Assembly: GCA_951406725.2 (NCBI GenBank)
Contig: OX597815.1
Span: 10,850,001 to 10,914,000, forward strand
DNA length: 64,000 nt
Reading direction: 5' to 3'
DNA from: Octopus vulgaris
Lineage: Eukaryota
The notes under the pieces are model-generated. The model made no database searches and was not told where the DNA came from. It worked only from the letters and a program-made list of their open reading frames with translations. Below are positions 1 through 12,779 of the stretch, piece by piece. The number at the start of each line of letters is the position of its first letter. Position 1 is the stretch's first letter. The position numbers and the translations under genes were made by a program.

Positions 1-179
1 GCCTTTTACGTGCCACCTGCACAGGTGCCAGTGGGGTCCGGCATCGGCCACGATCGGTTGGAGCTTTTAACGTGCCACCGGCATGGAAGCCAGCCAAGGC
101 GGCGCTGGCAACGGCCATGTTCGGATGGTGCTTTTTATGTGCCACCGGCACAGAAGCCAGTCGGGGCGGCGCTGGCATG

Positions 180-900
180 TAGTTTGAATTTGTTTGGGTG
201 TTGGTACCTCAAATGTGTCCATGGGAATTTCATCTCTCATGACAGTTTCTTTTGTGAATCTTTTATTAAGTTGGTTTATATGTCTGTTATGTTCAAAATT
301 TTTTCCTTTTACCAGGAATAACATTCTTCCAATCTGTTTAATAGTTACTGTTCTACTCGCTTCCTTTACCATATCTATAGGTTTTAAAAACAATTTTGTC
401 ACCTAAATGGAAGAATTTTGAAGTATATTTGTTGTTTGCCTTTTTTTTCTATTTTCACTCAGTATCAACTTCCCAAAGACGGATCTGATCTTTCTAGCAA
501 ACATCAATTCTGCAAGTGACATTCCAGGCTGCGTATTCAGATTAGGTGTTATTCAGTATTTCTATTCTTAGAAATTGTTGAAGTGCAAAGTCGTCCGTTA
601 CTTCATTGTTCGCCTTTTTTAAAACTCTCTTAAAAGTATCAACGAAATGGTCTGCTTGTTCATTTGACCTCGGATGAGACAGCGGAGTGGTCACATGTTT
701 GATAATGAGCATTTTACAAACTTGTTTGAACTTGTCTGAAGTAAATTGAATTCCATTGTCAGACACAATGGTATCAGTAATACAATATTTGGCGAACAGT
801 TCATGTAAAAACTTACTGTAACTGCAGATGTTGGCTTTTTACATTTATGCACTTGAGGTCAGTTTGAAAAACTGTCCACCACAACAGTAAGATAAAATTA
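180..900 (-). mobile_element. Degenerate Gypsy/Ty3-type LTR retrotransposon pol (integrase) remnant
   Basis: ORF 542..766 gives SDNGIQFTS..F..VC..L.IKHVTTPLSHPRSNEQADHFVDTFKR, matching the rve integrase core (SDNG-QF ... HP-SNG-AER consensus). Adjacent frames are broken by stops and frameshifts. Confidence 0.8.
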
Positions 901-1276
901 CAAACTATAATTTATCGTTCAGTGACATTTGGAAAAAAATTCCTTACTAAATAAGTTCTTTTAATTTCTAGAATATAAAAAAAAAATCATGTACGTTAGC
1001 ACGGAAAACGGATGTTAAACGATGAGGATGATGATGATGATGATGGTGTGTCTTATTCATATATTTTGACATGAACTTCCTACTTCTGCGCTTTTGCAAA
1101 GAAGACTCTAAAATGCTACGAGATGTAATGGTAATTAATTGAAAGCATTGAGGGATTTAATAGCAAGGAAACTTTTTTATAAGCCAATATAGAAATATAT
1201 ATGTGTGTGCGGGTGTGTGTATTTCCTCAAAATTGATTGTTCCCTCCATCTCTCTCTCTCTCTCGCTTCTGCTCTC

Positions 1277-1316
<40 letters not shown>

Positions 1317-2084
1317 TAATCATATCAAAGGGAAATAGAAGTTAATAGAAATTTTCATTTCCAGTGGTCTAACGTGTAAAAATTTAGTCCAAAGACTATG
1401 TATTAGTCATAAAATACAGTGTACATTTAAACACATAAGGAATCCACTCATGGGATTCAACATGCTAGAAAGAACAGCTAGGTTCTATAACCACAAAATT
1501 AGGGAAAAAATTCGACAGGAATGAAATGAAAAAATAAAAATATTTTACCATCTAATTTCCTGGACTAATTGGTTTCTGATTTTAGTTTAGCAAGTAAATA
1601 ACTTTTACTCGCGAGGTGAAATTGTTTTCAACAGGGACACATATATATATACTGTAAAAACCCATGTACTTTACGTACTTTTTTTTTGCGTAAATTACAT
1701 GGGTAGATCGTTTCCAGAATTATTTTGAAATTTTTTGTTTGGAAAAAGATTTACAAAACGAAAACATTCGTACTGGAAGTTGACTTATTTAATGTCAGAA
1801 TAAGTTTTTAGAGAAAAAATAATGACTTAATTATGATGAAGTTGACTTTTATTTATACTGGATTTTAAAATGCTTAATTTTTTTGCATAAATTTACTAAA
1901 ACCGTTAAATGGTTAACTACTTTTTGAAGTCTGATGTTCATGCTGGTAAATAGGGTCTGAACCTGAAACCATATGGTTGGGAAGCAAGCTTTTTACCACA
2001 TAGCCACTCCTGCACCTATATATATATATATGTTCTTGTATGCAACATTTCTTTCATATATCATACGTAGTCTGTATATCATAC

Positions 2085-2800
2085 AGGCGCAGGAGTGGCT
2101 GTGTGGTAAGTAGCTTGCTAACCAACCACATGGTTCCGGGTTCAGTCCCACTGCATGGCATCTTGGGCAAGTGTCTTCTGCTATAGCCCCGGGCCGACCA
2201 AATGCCTTGTGAGTGGATTTGGTAGACGGGAAATGAAAGAAACCCGCCGTATGTATATATATATATATATATATATATGTCTGTGTGTGTGTGTGTATTT
2301 GTCCCCCCCCCCCCAACATCGCTTGACAACCGATGCTGGTATGTTTACATCTCCGTAACTTAGCAGTTCGACAACGAGGCCAATATATAGGCGCAGGAGT
2401 GGCTGTGTGGTAAGTAGCTTGCTAACCAACCACATGGTTCCGGGTTCAGTCCCACTGCATGGCATCTTGGGCAAGTGTCTTCTGCCTAAGCCCCGGGCCA
2501 ACCAATGCCTTGTGAGTGGATTTGGTAGACGGAAACTGAAAGAGGCCTGTCGTATATATGTATATATGTATATATATATGTGTGTGTGTGTGTGTGTTTG
2601 TCCCCCTAGCATTGCTTGACAACCGATGCTGGTGTGTTTACGTTCCTGTCACTTAGCGGTTCGGCAAAGGAGACCGATAGAATAAGTACTAGGCTTACGA
2701 AGAATAAGTCCCGGGGTCGATTTGCTCGACTAAAAGGCAGTGCTCCAGCATGGCCGCAGTCAAATGACTTAAACAAGTAAAAGAAAAAGAGAAAGAGAGA
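2085..2800 (+). mobile_element. Two tandem copies of the tRNA-derived SINE with an internal (TA)n/(TG)n microsatellite (family A)
   Basis: The head AGGCGCAGGAGTGGCTGTGTGGTAAG...GGTTCAGTCCC carries A/B-box-like motifs. The first copy is 3'-truncated at ~2380; the second is complete to ACAAGTAAAAG. Other copies: ~3875-4240(-), 17499-17915(+), 28835-29236(-), 31392-31788(-), 36206-36645(+), 44426-44828(+), 48375-48728(-), 49326-49840(+), 50391-50800(+), 55870-56320(-), 62350-62735(-), 63744-64000(+). Confidence 0.9.
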
Positions 2801-3194
2801 GTCTGATCAATAAGTATCCGGACTGTTGTCATAGTAATGAAGCTAAAGCATACGTTCATCAATATTGACATTATTTTGGCCTTCTTGGAAACATCTGAAC
2901 CTCTCGTACACTTGCATGCAGCTCACATGCTCCTCTCCATACACTTTCTGCAACTTTGTGTAGGTCTCTGAGCAGGTATTGCCGTGACAAATTTCTCTGT
3001 TATGGTCAATGGAACAATTACACACTACACACCTTCCTTCCAAGCACTGCTGTAAACAGCAGAAATGAGCTAGAACTGTAAAACTTAATGTGCATGCACA
3101 GAGTTCAAGGTCAATCTCTGCCAAGCGGCTTCATTCTGCATGCTTTAGCTTTGTTACTATGGCAACAGTCTAGATACTTATTGATCAGACCTTG
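2800..3194 (-). mobile_element. Internally deleted mariner element / MITE
   Basis: ~50-bp imperfect TIRs (GTCTGATCAATAAGTATCCGGACTGTTGTCATAGTAATGAAGCTAAAGCAT vs ATGCTTTAGCTTTGTTACTATGGCAACAGTCTAGATACTTATTGATCAGAC), with TA after the right end. The internal ORF 2843..3124 keeps mariner HTH-like ETYTKLQKVYGEE..S..QVYERFRCFQEG. Confidence 0.8.
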
Positions 3195-4372
3195 TATCAT
3201 CATCATCATCATTTAATGTCTGTTTTCCATGCTAGCATGGGTTGGACGGTTCAACCGGGGTTTGGGAAGCCAGGAGGCTGCACCAGGCTCTAGTCTGATT
3301 TGGCAGTGTTTCTACAGCTGGATGCCCTTCCTAACGCCAACCACTCCGTGAGTGTAGTGGATGCTTTTTACGTGCCGCCGGCACAGGGGGGGGGGCAGGT
3401 GAGGCTGGCAAACAGCCATGATCAGTTGATGCTTTTACGTGTCACTGACACGGACGCTAGTCAGGCGGTGCTGGCAATTGCCACGTTCGGACGGTGCTTT
3501 ACGTGTCACCGGCATGGGTATCTTAACTACAATTTCCATTTGATTCTCATTTTGATGTTGGAGTTAATGTACTTGACTCAATAGGTCTCCTCGAGAACAG
3601 CGGGTCACTCTACGATCCAAGGATAGCACAGCAGACCGTCCTGCGAACCATGGACTCGCTTTATTTGCTCGGGTCTTCGAAGTCATAGCATATCTCCAGA
3701 GGTCTTGGTCTTTTGTCATAGCCTCTGTGAGACTCAACGTACGAAGGTCATGCTTGTATGTGTGGTGTAGAATATTTTCCTGAAAGGCAAACGTGTGTAT
3801 TGTTGAAGATTAACGCTTCTGGGCTTTCTCATCTTAATTCAACATATTCTTTCTTTCTTTCATTTTCTTTGTTTTCTTTTTACTTGTTTCAGTCATTTTG
3901 ACTGCGGCCATGCTGGAGCACCGCCTTTAATCGAGCAACTCGACCCCGGGACTTATTCTTTTGTAAGCCCAGTACTTATTCTATCGTTCTCTTTTGCCGA
4001 ACCGCTAAGTGACGGGGACATAAACACACCAGCATCGGTTGTCAAGCAATGCTAGGGAGACAAACACAGACACACAAACATACACGCACATACATATAGA
4101 TACATATATACGACGGGCTTCTTTCAGTTTCCGTCTACCAAATCCACTGACAAGGCTTTGGTCGGCCCGAGGCTATAGTAGAAGGCACTTGCCCAAGGTG
4201 CCACGCAGTGGGACTGAACCCGGAACCATGTGGTTGGTAAACAATGCTAGGGGGACAAACTTAGACCACACAAAGCCACTCCTGCACCTGACATATATAT
4301 ATACATATATACGATGGGCTTGCTTACAGTTTAACTACAAATTTCAGTGACAATTGCTTTGGTCGGCCCGAG

Positions 4373-4603
4373 GAAACCTATAGTGAAGACCCTACATTTG
4401 CTCAAGGTGCCACGCAGTTATGCCGGAACCAGCTATGTGAAAGGGTACTTACCACACATCCCCGCCTTACATTTCATTTTGTTTGCCAGTTCAGGTTGCA
4501 AACATTTTGATGCTTATTCTGGACCAGAAAATATTCCTGTATGTGCAGGGTCTTCAAGGCAAACTACATCAGGGATTTAATGCTTATTCTGGACCAGAAA
4601 ATA
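4373..4603 (+). CDS. GH3 gene upstream exon, scrambled (boundaries unresolved)
   Basis: Contains GH3 motif fragments ETYSEDP (4373-4393), ASSGCKHFDAYSGPENIPV and VQGLQG, out of order and interleaved with SINE sequence. Confidence 0.55.
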
Positions 4604-4800
4604 ATTCATTTCATTTAAAGTCATTAATTTCTTCTACTAATTACTAATTAAAATACTTAGATTCTACCTAGGAAAATTCCCTTGGCCTTCTTCTTCTTCT
4701 TATTGTTGACTACTGTATATTTTCTATTTTCAGAGGCAGTCGTATATTGTACCCTGATACATATATATTGCTAAAATGACCACCACTTTTTCCTTTTTTA

Positions 4801-5020
4801 CCCTTTAGTGTTTAAACCGGCCATACCAGGCCAAAATTGTCTTCCTGTTTTATGCTCAAACCAGCCAGCTCTGACCTCTCACACCTACCCTACAAAGTCA
4901 TTCTAAAAATAAACAGGGACATCATCAAAATCTCAGAGTTACAAGATGCTGTACAATTAATTTAAAACAATGTAATTAAACAGGCTTTACATTTGATAGA
5001 TTAATCCGAATGCTAAAGGG
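4801..5020. mobile_element. piggyBac-like MITE
   Basis: Ends CCCTTTAG...CTAAAGGG, followed by TTAA on the right and preceded by TTTA on the left (degenerate TTAA TSD). Confidence 0.55.
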
Positions 5021-6709
5021 TTAAACTTGTCTCCATTTTTTCTCATTTTTGCATGAATGAACAGTTTTTTTTTTTTTCTTTTTCCTTTTTTTGTATATAA
5101 CACTTTTTTTTACAGCTGGGTGCTTTTCCTAATTCTAAACACTTAACAATGAAGTAAGACTGGGACTTATGTTCTTTATGTTCAGTTAGGAAACCCAGAA
5201 TAAATACAAGTAGGTACCTTATTAAGATACAACATAATGACTGTCGCAAGATCTGAACTTTTGCTTACATTGACTTGGAGCCGAGTACCTTAACTTTACA
5301 ATCAGTGTAATTTCTTTCCTAGTGTTTTTTAGATCTTTATCAGAAAATCAGTTGTTAGTACAGATGTTTACATACTGAACACTTAATAAATATTGGCTGA
5401 CATTTTCCAAAGAGCACCATACGAGTGTGATCATTCACAGAGTGGCTACCGGCTTCCATGCCAGTGACACTTAAAAGACACCATTCGAGCATGATTGTTA
5501 CCAGCGTTGCCTAACTGGCACTCGAACCCCATGCTAGTAGGGTATTAAGAGCACAATCCGAGCATGATCATTGCCAGAGCAGCTATCTGGCCTCTCCGTG
5601 CCGGTAGCACATAAAAGGGCACCATTCGAGCGTGATCGTTACCAACGTCGCCTTACTGGCACTTGTGCCGGTGGCATGTGTGCAAAAGATTTGAGCGAGG
5701 TCGTTGCCAGTACCGCCTGACTGGCCCCCATGCCAGTGGCACGTAAAAGCACCCACTATACTCTCGGAGTGGTTGGCATTAGGAAGGGCATCCAACTGTA
5801 GAAACTGTGCCAGATCAAGATTGAAACCTGGTGCAACCATCTGGTTTGCCAGTCCTCAGTCAATCGTCCAACCCCTGCTAGCATGGAAAGCGGACGTTAA
5901 ATGATGATGATGATGATGATGATTTTCCCTATGATGCTTTTAGATATATTTTTCAGATGTTAGAACATCATTGTTTAATGTTAATTTTTTCATACTTGCA
6001 TGGATCAGATGGAATTTGTTGTGGTAGGTTTTCCCCAACTGAATGCCTTTCCAGCTGCCAACCCTCACCTGTTTCCAAGCAAGGCAACATTTCAACATGG
6101 ACGCACACATTTTTCATGGAAGGCTGGTAATGAACAATATCACTTGTATGATGGCAGTTAGCTATACTCATGAAGACCTGTCCTCACACAGCAGAACTGT
6201 TAATGCTGTTTTCACTGAAGAAAAGGATTGATGTATCAAGACCCCTGTGTCAGTGCCACGTAAAAGGCACTCATACCAGTGCCACGTTAAAAGCACCCAG
6301 CACCCATTGTAAAGTGGTTGGCATCAGGAAGGGCATCCAGCTGTTGAAACCAAGCCAAATGAAACTGGAACTTGGTGCAGCTTTCCTGCTGTTGTTGTTA
6401 AGCAACAAGACGGGTAGGGTGGTTAGGTGATGGTCAAGGGCTTAGGGGGTGGGAGACCCCAGACCTTGGATAAAAAATCAAAACTTTGGTCGTCTTGTTG
6501 TAGTCGAAGGCTCTTCATTGACGCCGCCTGACACCATTGGGAGGTGGCCCCTCGAAGTCGCTGGAAATGGAGATCTCCAGGTCCAAATTCTTGCCATCTT
6601 TGGTCAAACTGTCCAACCCATGCCAGCATGGAAAACGGACGTTAAAGGAAGATCATGATGGTGATGCTTATTTACACTTATTTTCAACATGTCAAAACAA
6701 AGATTGCAT

Positions 6710-6745
<36 letters not shown>

Positions 6746-7140
6746 TATACACACACACAGATATATATAGACATTTGCGATTAACCTCTTTCAGTGTCTA
6801 TCTACCAAATCCACTCGTAAAACTGTAGTAGAAGGCTCTTGCTCAAGTACCAGTTACACACTGGGGTCAATGTAATCAACTTAACCACCCCTGCAAAAAC
6901 TTCAGGCCTTCTCCCTATAGTAGAGAGGACTATTATTATGATCATCATTATTAATGCAATGTGCTGGTGGAATAGTTAGCATGCAGAATGAACTAGAAGA
7001 ATCGTTAGTGTATTATTATTATTAATAACAATAAAAGGTGGTGAGCAGGTAGAATCATTAAGATACCACACAAAATACTTAGTAGCATTCTTCCAGTTTT
7101 ATGTTCTAAGCTCAAATTTTGCTGAGGTTAACTTTACCTT

Positions 7141-7520
7141 TGCTTGCTTGCTTGAGACAGCATTCACCCGGGGTGGGTTGAGCTGGCTTCATTCGTCCTC
7201 AATGCTGCATCTCTCACAAACGCCGACCAGGCCTGGCGATTTGAGGTTAACGACCGCGTGATCTCCAACCACTCCTTATTCCAGCGGCGAACACCGTAGA
7301 TACGGGGGCCTAGGTTGGGTTCCAGATCAGCCTTGACTGTCATCAGCCAGGTTTTCGTTGTCCACCACATCGCTTTCGCAAAACCTGAAGGGGAGCTGGG
7401 GCAATTGCTTCGTAGATGATGAATTCTCCTGGTTGACGATGGAGGACATGACCCAGCCAACGCAGGCGTCTCGTTAGGATGACTTGTCGGAGGGAGGTGA
7501 TTTTGCATTGGTATAATTGA
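7141..7520 (-). mobile_element. RTE-clade LINE 3' fragment
   Basis: ORFs give RRLRWLGHVL and RKRCGGQRK/TWLMTVKADL, typical of the RTE ORF2 C-terminus, with a (CAAG)n-type tail at 7141-7154. Confidence 0.75.
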
Positions 7521-7527
7521 TATGGTT

Positions 7528-7760
7528 GACGGCGAGCTGGCAGAATCGTTAGCACGCCGGGCAAAATGCTTTGCGGTATTTTGTCTGCCATTACGTTCTG
7601 AGTTCAGATTCCGCCAAGGTCGACTTTACCTTTCATCCTTTCGGGGTCGATTAAAGAAGTACCAGTTACGCACTGGGATCGATGTAATCGACTTAATCCC
7701 TTTGTCTGTCCTTGTTTGTCTTCTCTGTGTTTAGCCCCTTGTGGGTAGTAAAGAAATAGG
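7528..7760 (+). mobile_element. tRNA-derived SINE family B monomer
   Basis: GGCGAGCTGGCAGAATCGTTAG head, GAGTTCAGATTCC B-box, CCTTTCATCCTTTCGGGGTCGAT core. Flanked by an imperfect ~19-bp direct repeat GGTAT(A/G)ATTGATATG(G/A)TTG. Further monomers at ~14545-14748, 19462-19676, 27790-28028(-), 54256-54488(-). Confidence 0.85.
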
Positions 7761-7930
7761 TATGATTGATATGATTGGTAACTTTATCTTTCACTCTTTT
7801 GGGGTTGATAAAATAAATACCAGTCATTTACTGAGGGGTTGATGTAATCTACTATTTCCCTCACCACAAAAACTGCAGGTCCTGTACCAAAGTTTGAAAC
7901 CCTTATTATTATTATTATTTTTATCATTAG

Positions 7931-8022
7931 GTTCCAGAGCGAGATCTTCGTCTTACTTACCTTCCTGCTTTCAAGAAGTGTGTTGAAGCTGGAACATATA
8001 ACATAATGTGTAGCTACAACAG
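7931..8022 (+). CDS. GH3 beta-xylosidase-like gene, exon (VPERDLRLTYLPAFKKCVEAGTYNIMCSYN)
   Basis: TAG|GTT acceptor, AG|GTTAGT donor. Contains the GH3 YLPAF and MCSYN motifs; phase 2 joins the next exon. Confidence 0.9.
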
Positions 8023-9817
8023 GTTAGTGTATTGGTTCTATAACATTGTGTTGTTGTTGTTTTTTTTTAGCCCTAGGTCATTCTGATTGGGCAGACCTAT
8101 GATCACAAATATCCCAGCTATGACTATCCTATCTTCTTTAGACACAGTATACTTAGAACTGTATTATCTAATGTGTTCTCCTTTCTTTTTAAAAATGAAT
8201 GTGATATGAGGGAGATTTGGCTGCTGTTTTAAGCAGATCAAGTTACCATATACTTGACGGTAAAGGTGTGGCTATGTGGTTGCAAAGCTTGATTCCCAAG
8301 CGTGTGGTCTTGGGTTCAGTTACGCTGTGTGGAAGTTATGGTAGGTGTTGTCTACTACTGTCCAGAGTTGACCAAAGCCTTGTGAACAGATTTGGTTGAG
8401 GGTAACTGAAAGAAGCCTGTTGCAAGCATGCATTACCATCATACAAGTGATGTTGTTTGTTTCCAGTCTCCCAAGGAAATCATATTTGGCTATTAGGAAA
8501 TATGACCATTGCTTGGGACAAAGTAAAGGTTGGTGGTAGGAAGGGTATTTGGCTGTAGAAAATATGTCTCAGCCAAATTCATCTTACTCATGCAGTCATG
8601 AAAAAGTGAATGTTAAATAAATGCTGCAGATACTGGTGGCATGATAAAATGCACACAGTGCATACTGTGCAGTAGGTGGCAATTGGAAGTGCATCCATCT
8701 GTAAAAATCATGTGAACCAAAGGAGGAAGGAAATAACAAATGGAGATGATGTAGACTCTACAAGAAATAGTGGAACTGTTATAATACAAAAAGCTGCAAG
8801 GTGTTATATGACCCATCCAACCCATGGCCACCTGGAATTCCAGCTGATAAATGAGAGTGATGGTATTTACATCCAGTGAAGTTCATGTCTTGATTCCCAA
8901 GCATGTGGTCTTGGGTTCAGTTATGCTGTGTGGAAGTTATGGCAGCTGTTGTCTACTACTGTCCAGACATGGGGGCCTAGGTTGGATTCCAGATCAGCCT
9001 TGACTGTCATCAGCCAGGTTTTTTTTGTTGTCCACCACATCGCTTTTGCCAACCCTGAAGGGGAGCTGGGGCAATTGCTTCATAGATGAATTCTCCTGGT
9101 TGACGACGGAAGGCATGACCCAGCCAACGCAGACGTCTCATTTGGATGACTTGTCGGAGGGAGGTAATTTTGCACTGGTATGATTCATATGATTGGTAAC
9201 TTTATCTTTCACCCTTTTGTGTCTTCTAAACACATCAATAGTTGAACTTTGTATTGCAAGTTACCAGATCCTGAGTGGGCCCCTGAAGGATGTGGGCACT
9301 GCTGCTTCCTTCTCAGACTGAAATCTCCCTTAACCATTTACTGGTAAGTTTATGGTTTTATCTTTTACTTGTTTCAGTCACTGGCCATACTGGGACCCTA
9401 AATTATGAGGATGTGAAGAAACCAACAGGTTTGTCAAGCTGTAGGGGTACAAATACAAAGATACACACATTCACTTTTTCATGACTGCATGGGTTAGATG
9501 AAATTGGTTGAGACAGATTTTCTATAGCCAAATACCCTTCCTATCACCAACCTTCACTTTTTCCCAAGCAATGGTCATATTTCCTAATAGCCAAATATGA
9601 TGGTCTTCTTTCTGTTTCTGTGTACCAAATCCTTTCACAAGGCTTTGATTGGCTTGGAGCTATAGTAGAAGATACTTGCCCAAAGTTCCATTGCAGTGGG
9701 GCTAAACTTGAAACCATATGTCTGGGAAGGAAGCTTCATATCACACAGCGATGCCTGTGCGTTATAATTGAATATTTTGTATCATATTTAGAATATTTTA
9801 TATATTGTCTAATATAT

Positions 9818-10162
9818 AAAAGGGTAAAGACCCCCTTCGGTCATGAATGACCATGGGATTGCACCTAGAAAGTTACCCTCCTAGACACAAGTCCGGGCAA
9901 GGTTGTTTATGGAAGACCAGCAGTCGCCCATGCATACCAGCCCCCCTCTCCACGCCACCAGTGTTATCCAAGGGAAAAACAAAGGTCGATACGGCTTGGC
10001 ACCAGTGACGTCGCAACTCATTTCTACAGCTGAGTGAACTGGAGCAACGTGAAATAAAGTGCCTTGCTCGAGAACACAACACACAGCCCGGTCCGGGATT
10101 CGAGCTCACAACCTCACGATCGTAAGCTCAACGCTCTAACCACTGAGCCATGCGCCTTCACA
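9818..10162 (-). mobile_element. tRNA-derived SINE family C
   Basis: The reverse strand starts GGCGCATGGCTCAGTGGTTAGAGCG...GAGCTCGAATCCCGG (A and B boxes), followed by a non-tRNA body. Confidence 0.75.
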
Positions 10163-10569
10163 TATATATACTATATATTTATAATATAATTATTTAATAA
10201 TTAATAAGTCTATAGTTTCATATTATATTACATGCTATATTTATGATATATAATTTAGTTTAATAATTGAAACCATTATATAATTAGTATATTATAATTT
10301 CTAGATGTTTAACTTTATTTACATTAAAATTTGTAGATTTTAACATTATATATATATATAATGTTAAAATGATGAAGGGGGTCTTGTTCTCTGTGTTTTC
10401 ATTGTTAAAAAAAGTCCGTTTCCTTGCTTGTTTTTATGTTTCCGTTTCTCGTTGTGTTCGACGTTTATTTGTGGTGTCCTGTACTCATATATATATGCAT
10501 GTATATATACATATAGATGTAGGTATGTACATATATGTATGTATGCATATGTTTTATTTGTTAAATTGT

Positions 10570-10603
<34 letters not shown>

Positions 10604-10682
10604 GTTATGATTTCTAAATTTTGAACATTATGATATATCATCTAAATAAATCTCTCTTTGTATCTTCTTTTTCCTGTTGTAG

Positions 10683-10909
10683 TGTAAACGGTGTCCCTGC
10701 ATGTGCCCACAAAAGATTGTTGACTGATATTTTGCGTAAAGAATGGGGTTTCAAGGGATATGTGATCAGTGATGAAGGTGCCATTGAATATATGTTGGTA
10801 TGGCATATGTATAAAACGAGTCCTGTAGAGATTGCTGCTGCCAGTATTAATGCTGGTTGTAACCTCGAGTTATCACCAGCATTAAAACAACCATTCTATT
10901 ATTACCTTG
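10683..10909 (+). CDS. GH3 gene exon containing the catalytic nucleophile
   Basis: TAG|T acceptor, G|GTAAAG donor. Encodes VNGVPACAHKRLLTDILRKEWGFKGYVISDEGAIE...; the WGF-GY-SD motif carries the GH3 nucleophile Asp. Confidence 0.95.
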
Positions 10910-11024
10910 GTAAAGAATTTTCTATTATTGTTTCAATTTTTAAAATTCTTCCTCCCTTCTCTAGTTTTACTTTTCTTTCTTGCATTTTTTATTTCATTCT
11001 TATTTACTTCATATCAAAAAGTGT

Positions 11025-11470
11025 TAGACATAAAATTATTAACCATCTTGCAAACAATAACTCTGAGCACCTTTTCAAACTCCACCTGTCTAACAACACC
11101 CGTGGACATGTTTACAAAGTCAGAAAACAGCACAGCTCCTTCCATGACTTTCGGAAACATTTTTTTTACGCTAAGAGTTGCTGACGCATGGAACAAACTG
11201 CCAGCATCAGTTGTTAGTTGTCGGAGCACTGCATCCTTCAAAACTTCCATGCTTCCTGAGATTCACCAACACTACACCTGATCTTTCTCCTCCATACACA
11301 CACAAGCATGTATCTGACTCATACACTGTTCACTTCCCAGACATTTGTACATTACTGCATATGCTTTACATGCACTTTTGACAAGTTGTAGTGCACCTGA
11401 GCACTGTATACAATAATTTCATTATTATTATATTATTATTATTATTAATTATTATTATTATTATTATGAT
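11025..11470 (+). mobile_element. CR1-group LINE 3' end
   Basis: NTRGHVYKVRKQ...FRKHFFTLRVADAWNKLPASVV matches the CR1/L2-group ORF2 C-terminus; 3'UTR ends in (ATT)n. Other copies: 18013-18250(+), 24345-25295(-), 39788-40195(-). Confidence 0.8.
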
Positions 11471-11824
11471 TAACAAAGTTGAAGTTATAACATATACAGA
11501 AAATATAAAAGTTATGCAGTCAAAGGATCATGGTTTCTACCTTATTGGGCCACACTAGCTTTGGTATTGATGGAACTATACATGTTCTCTCAGTAAAGTT
11601 GTTTAATGTGATTGAAAGAATGCCCTGAGTTAGTATCTACCGAAAATTATTTGTTGGTGCAGTTGTTGAGACCAGTGTTCAAAGCTGGTGAAATTGAAGT
11701 CAAAATCACAATTCTATGATTAGGATAGTTTGATATGTAGAAAACCAATGTGTTACAGATGGTAACGGCAATGTAGATAGAACATCGAATGTCAGAGATA
11801 ACAATAGCAAATACACTGATATTC

Positions 11825-12570
11825 ATCATCATCATCATTGTTTAGCATCCGTTTTCCATGCTAGCATGGCTTGGATGGTTCAACTGGGGTCTGGGAAGCC
11901 AGAAGGTTGCACCAGGCCCAGTCTGATCTGGCAATGTTTCTATGGCTGGATGCCCTTCCTAATGCCAACCACTCCGTGAGTGTAGTGGGTGCTTTTTATG
12001 TGCCACCGGCACAGGTGCCAGACGAGGCTGGCAAACGGCCACGATTGGATGGTGCTTTTTATGTGCCACCGGCACGGGGGCCAGGCGAGGCTGGCAACGG
12101 CCACGATTGGATGGTGCTTTTTATGTGCCACTGCACGGGGGCCAGGCGAGGCTGGCAACGGCCACAAACGGATGGTGCTTTTTACGTGCCACTAGTATGA
12201 GGCCAGTCGGGGCGGCGCTGGCAACAGCCACGTTTGGATGGTTCTCTTACGTTCCACCGGCACTGGTATCACAGCTGCAATTTCCATTGATGTTGATTGA
12301 TTTCGGTTCTCACTTGCCTCAACAGGTCTTTACAAGTATAGTTTTGTGTCCCAAGAAGGAAAGGTATACATAAGTGGGCTGGCTACATCCCAGGTAGAGG
12401 CCACGGGTTATGGTCTCACTTGTCCTGCCGGGTCTTCTCACATACAGCATACTTCCAAAGGTCTCGGTCTCTAGTCATTTCCTCAGTGAGACCTAAAGTT
12501 CGAAGGTCGTGCTTCACCACCTTGTCCCAGGTTTTCCTGGGTCTTCCTCTTCCACAGGTTCCCTCAACCA
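11825..12570 (-). mobile_element. RTE-type LINE 3' end with modular 3'UTR and (ATG)n tail
   Basis: Reads as (CAT)n-..CCATGCTAGCATGG..GGATGCCCTTCCTAA.. on +, followed by ~62-bp modules, then the ORF2 end. Very many copies, e.g. 1-180, 3197-3760, 5410-5925, 13150-13497, 14180-14515, 19919-20430, 21985-22362, 23320-24106, 25728-26170, 40343-40755, 43330-43930. Confidence 0.8.
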
Positions 12571-12779
12571 CTAAAATTTAAAGCCCTTTTGTTACTATTA
12601 TCAATTTTTTAATTCACTGCTTTCATTTCTGTTTATAATTGAGTAAAATAACTTTGCCATTAGTAATATGATATTTGGAACATAAATTAATATTAAATTT
12701 TAATAATGGATGGTTTTAATTGAGATTAGTTTAAAACAAAATGTTTGTATTATAAAACCCAGGGTAGTCTTGGATGTTT

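Noticed and set aside
10080-10160. tRNA gene
   Set aside because: No acceptor-stem closure or terminator; it runs directly into a SINE body. The same applies to ~13000-13063.
10910-11184. C-terminal extension of the GH3 ORF 10621..11184
   Set aside because: Read-through past the donor at 10909 into intron and CR1-like sequence.
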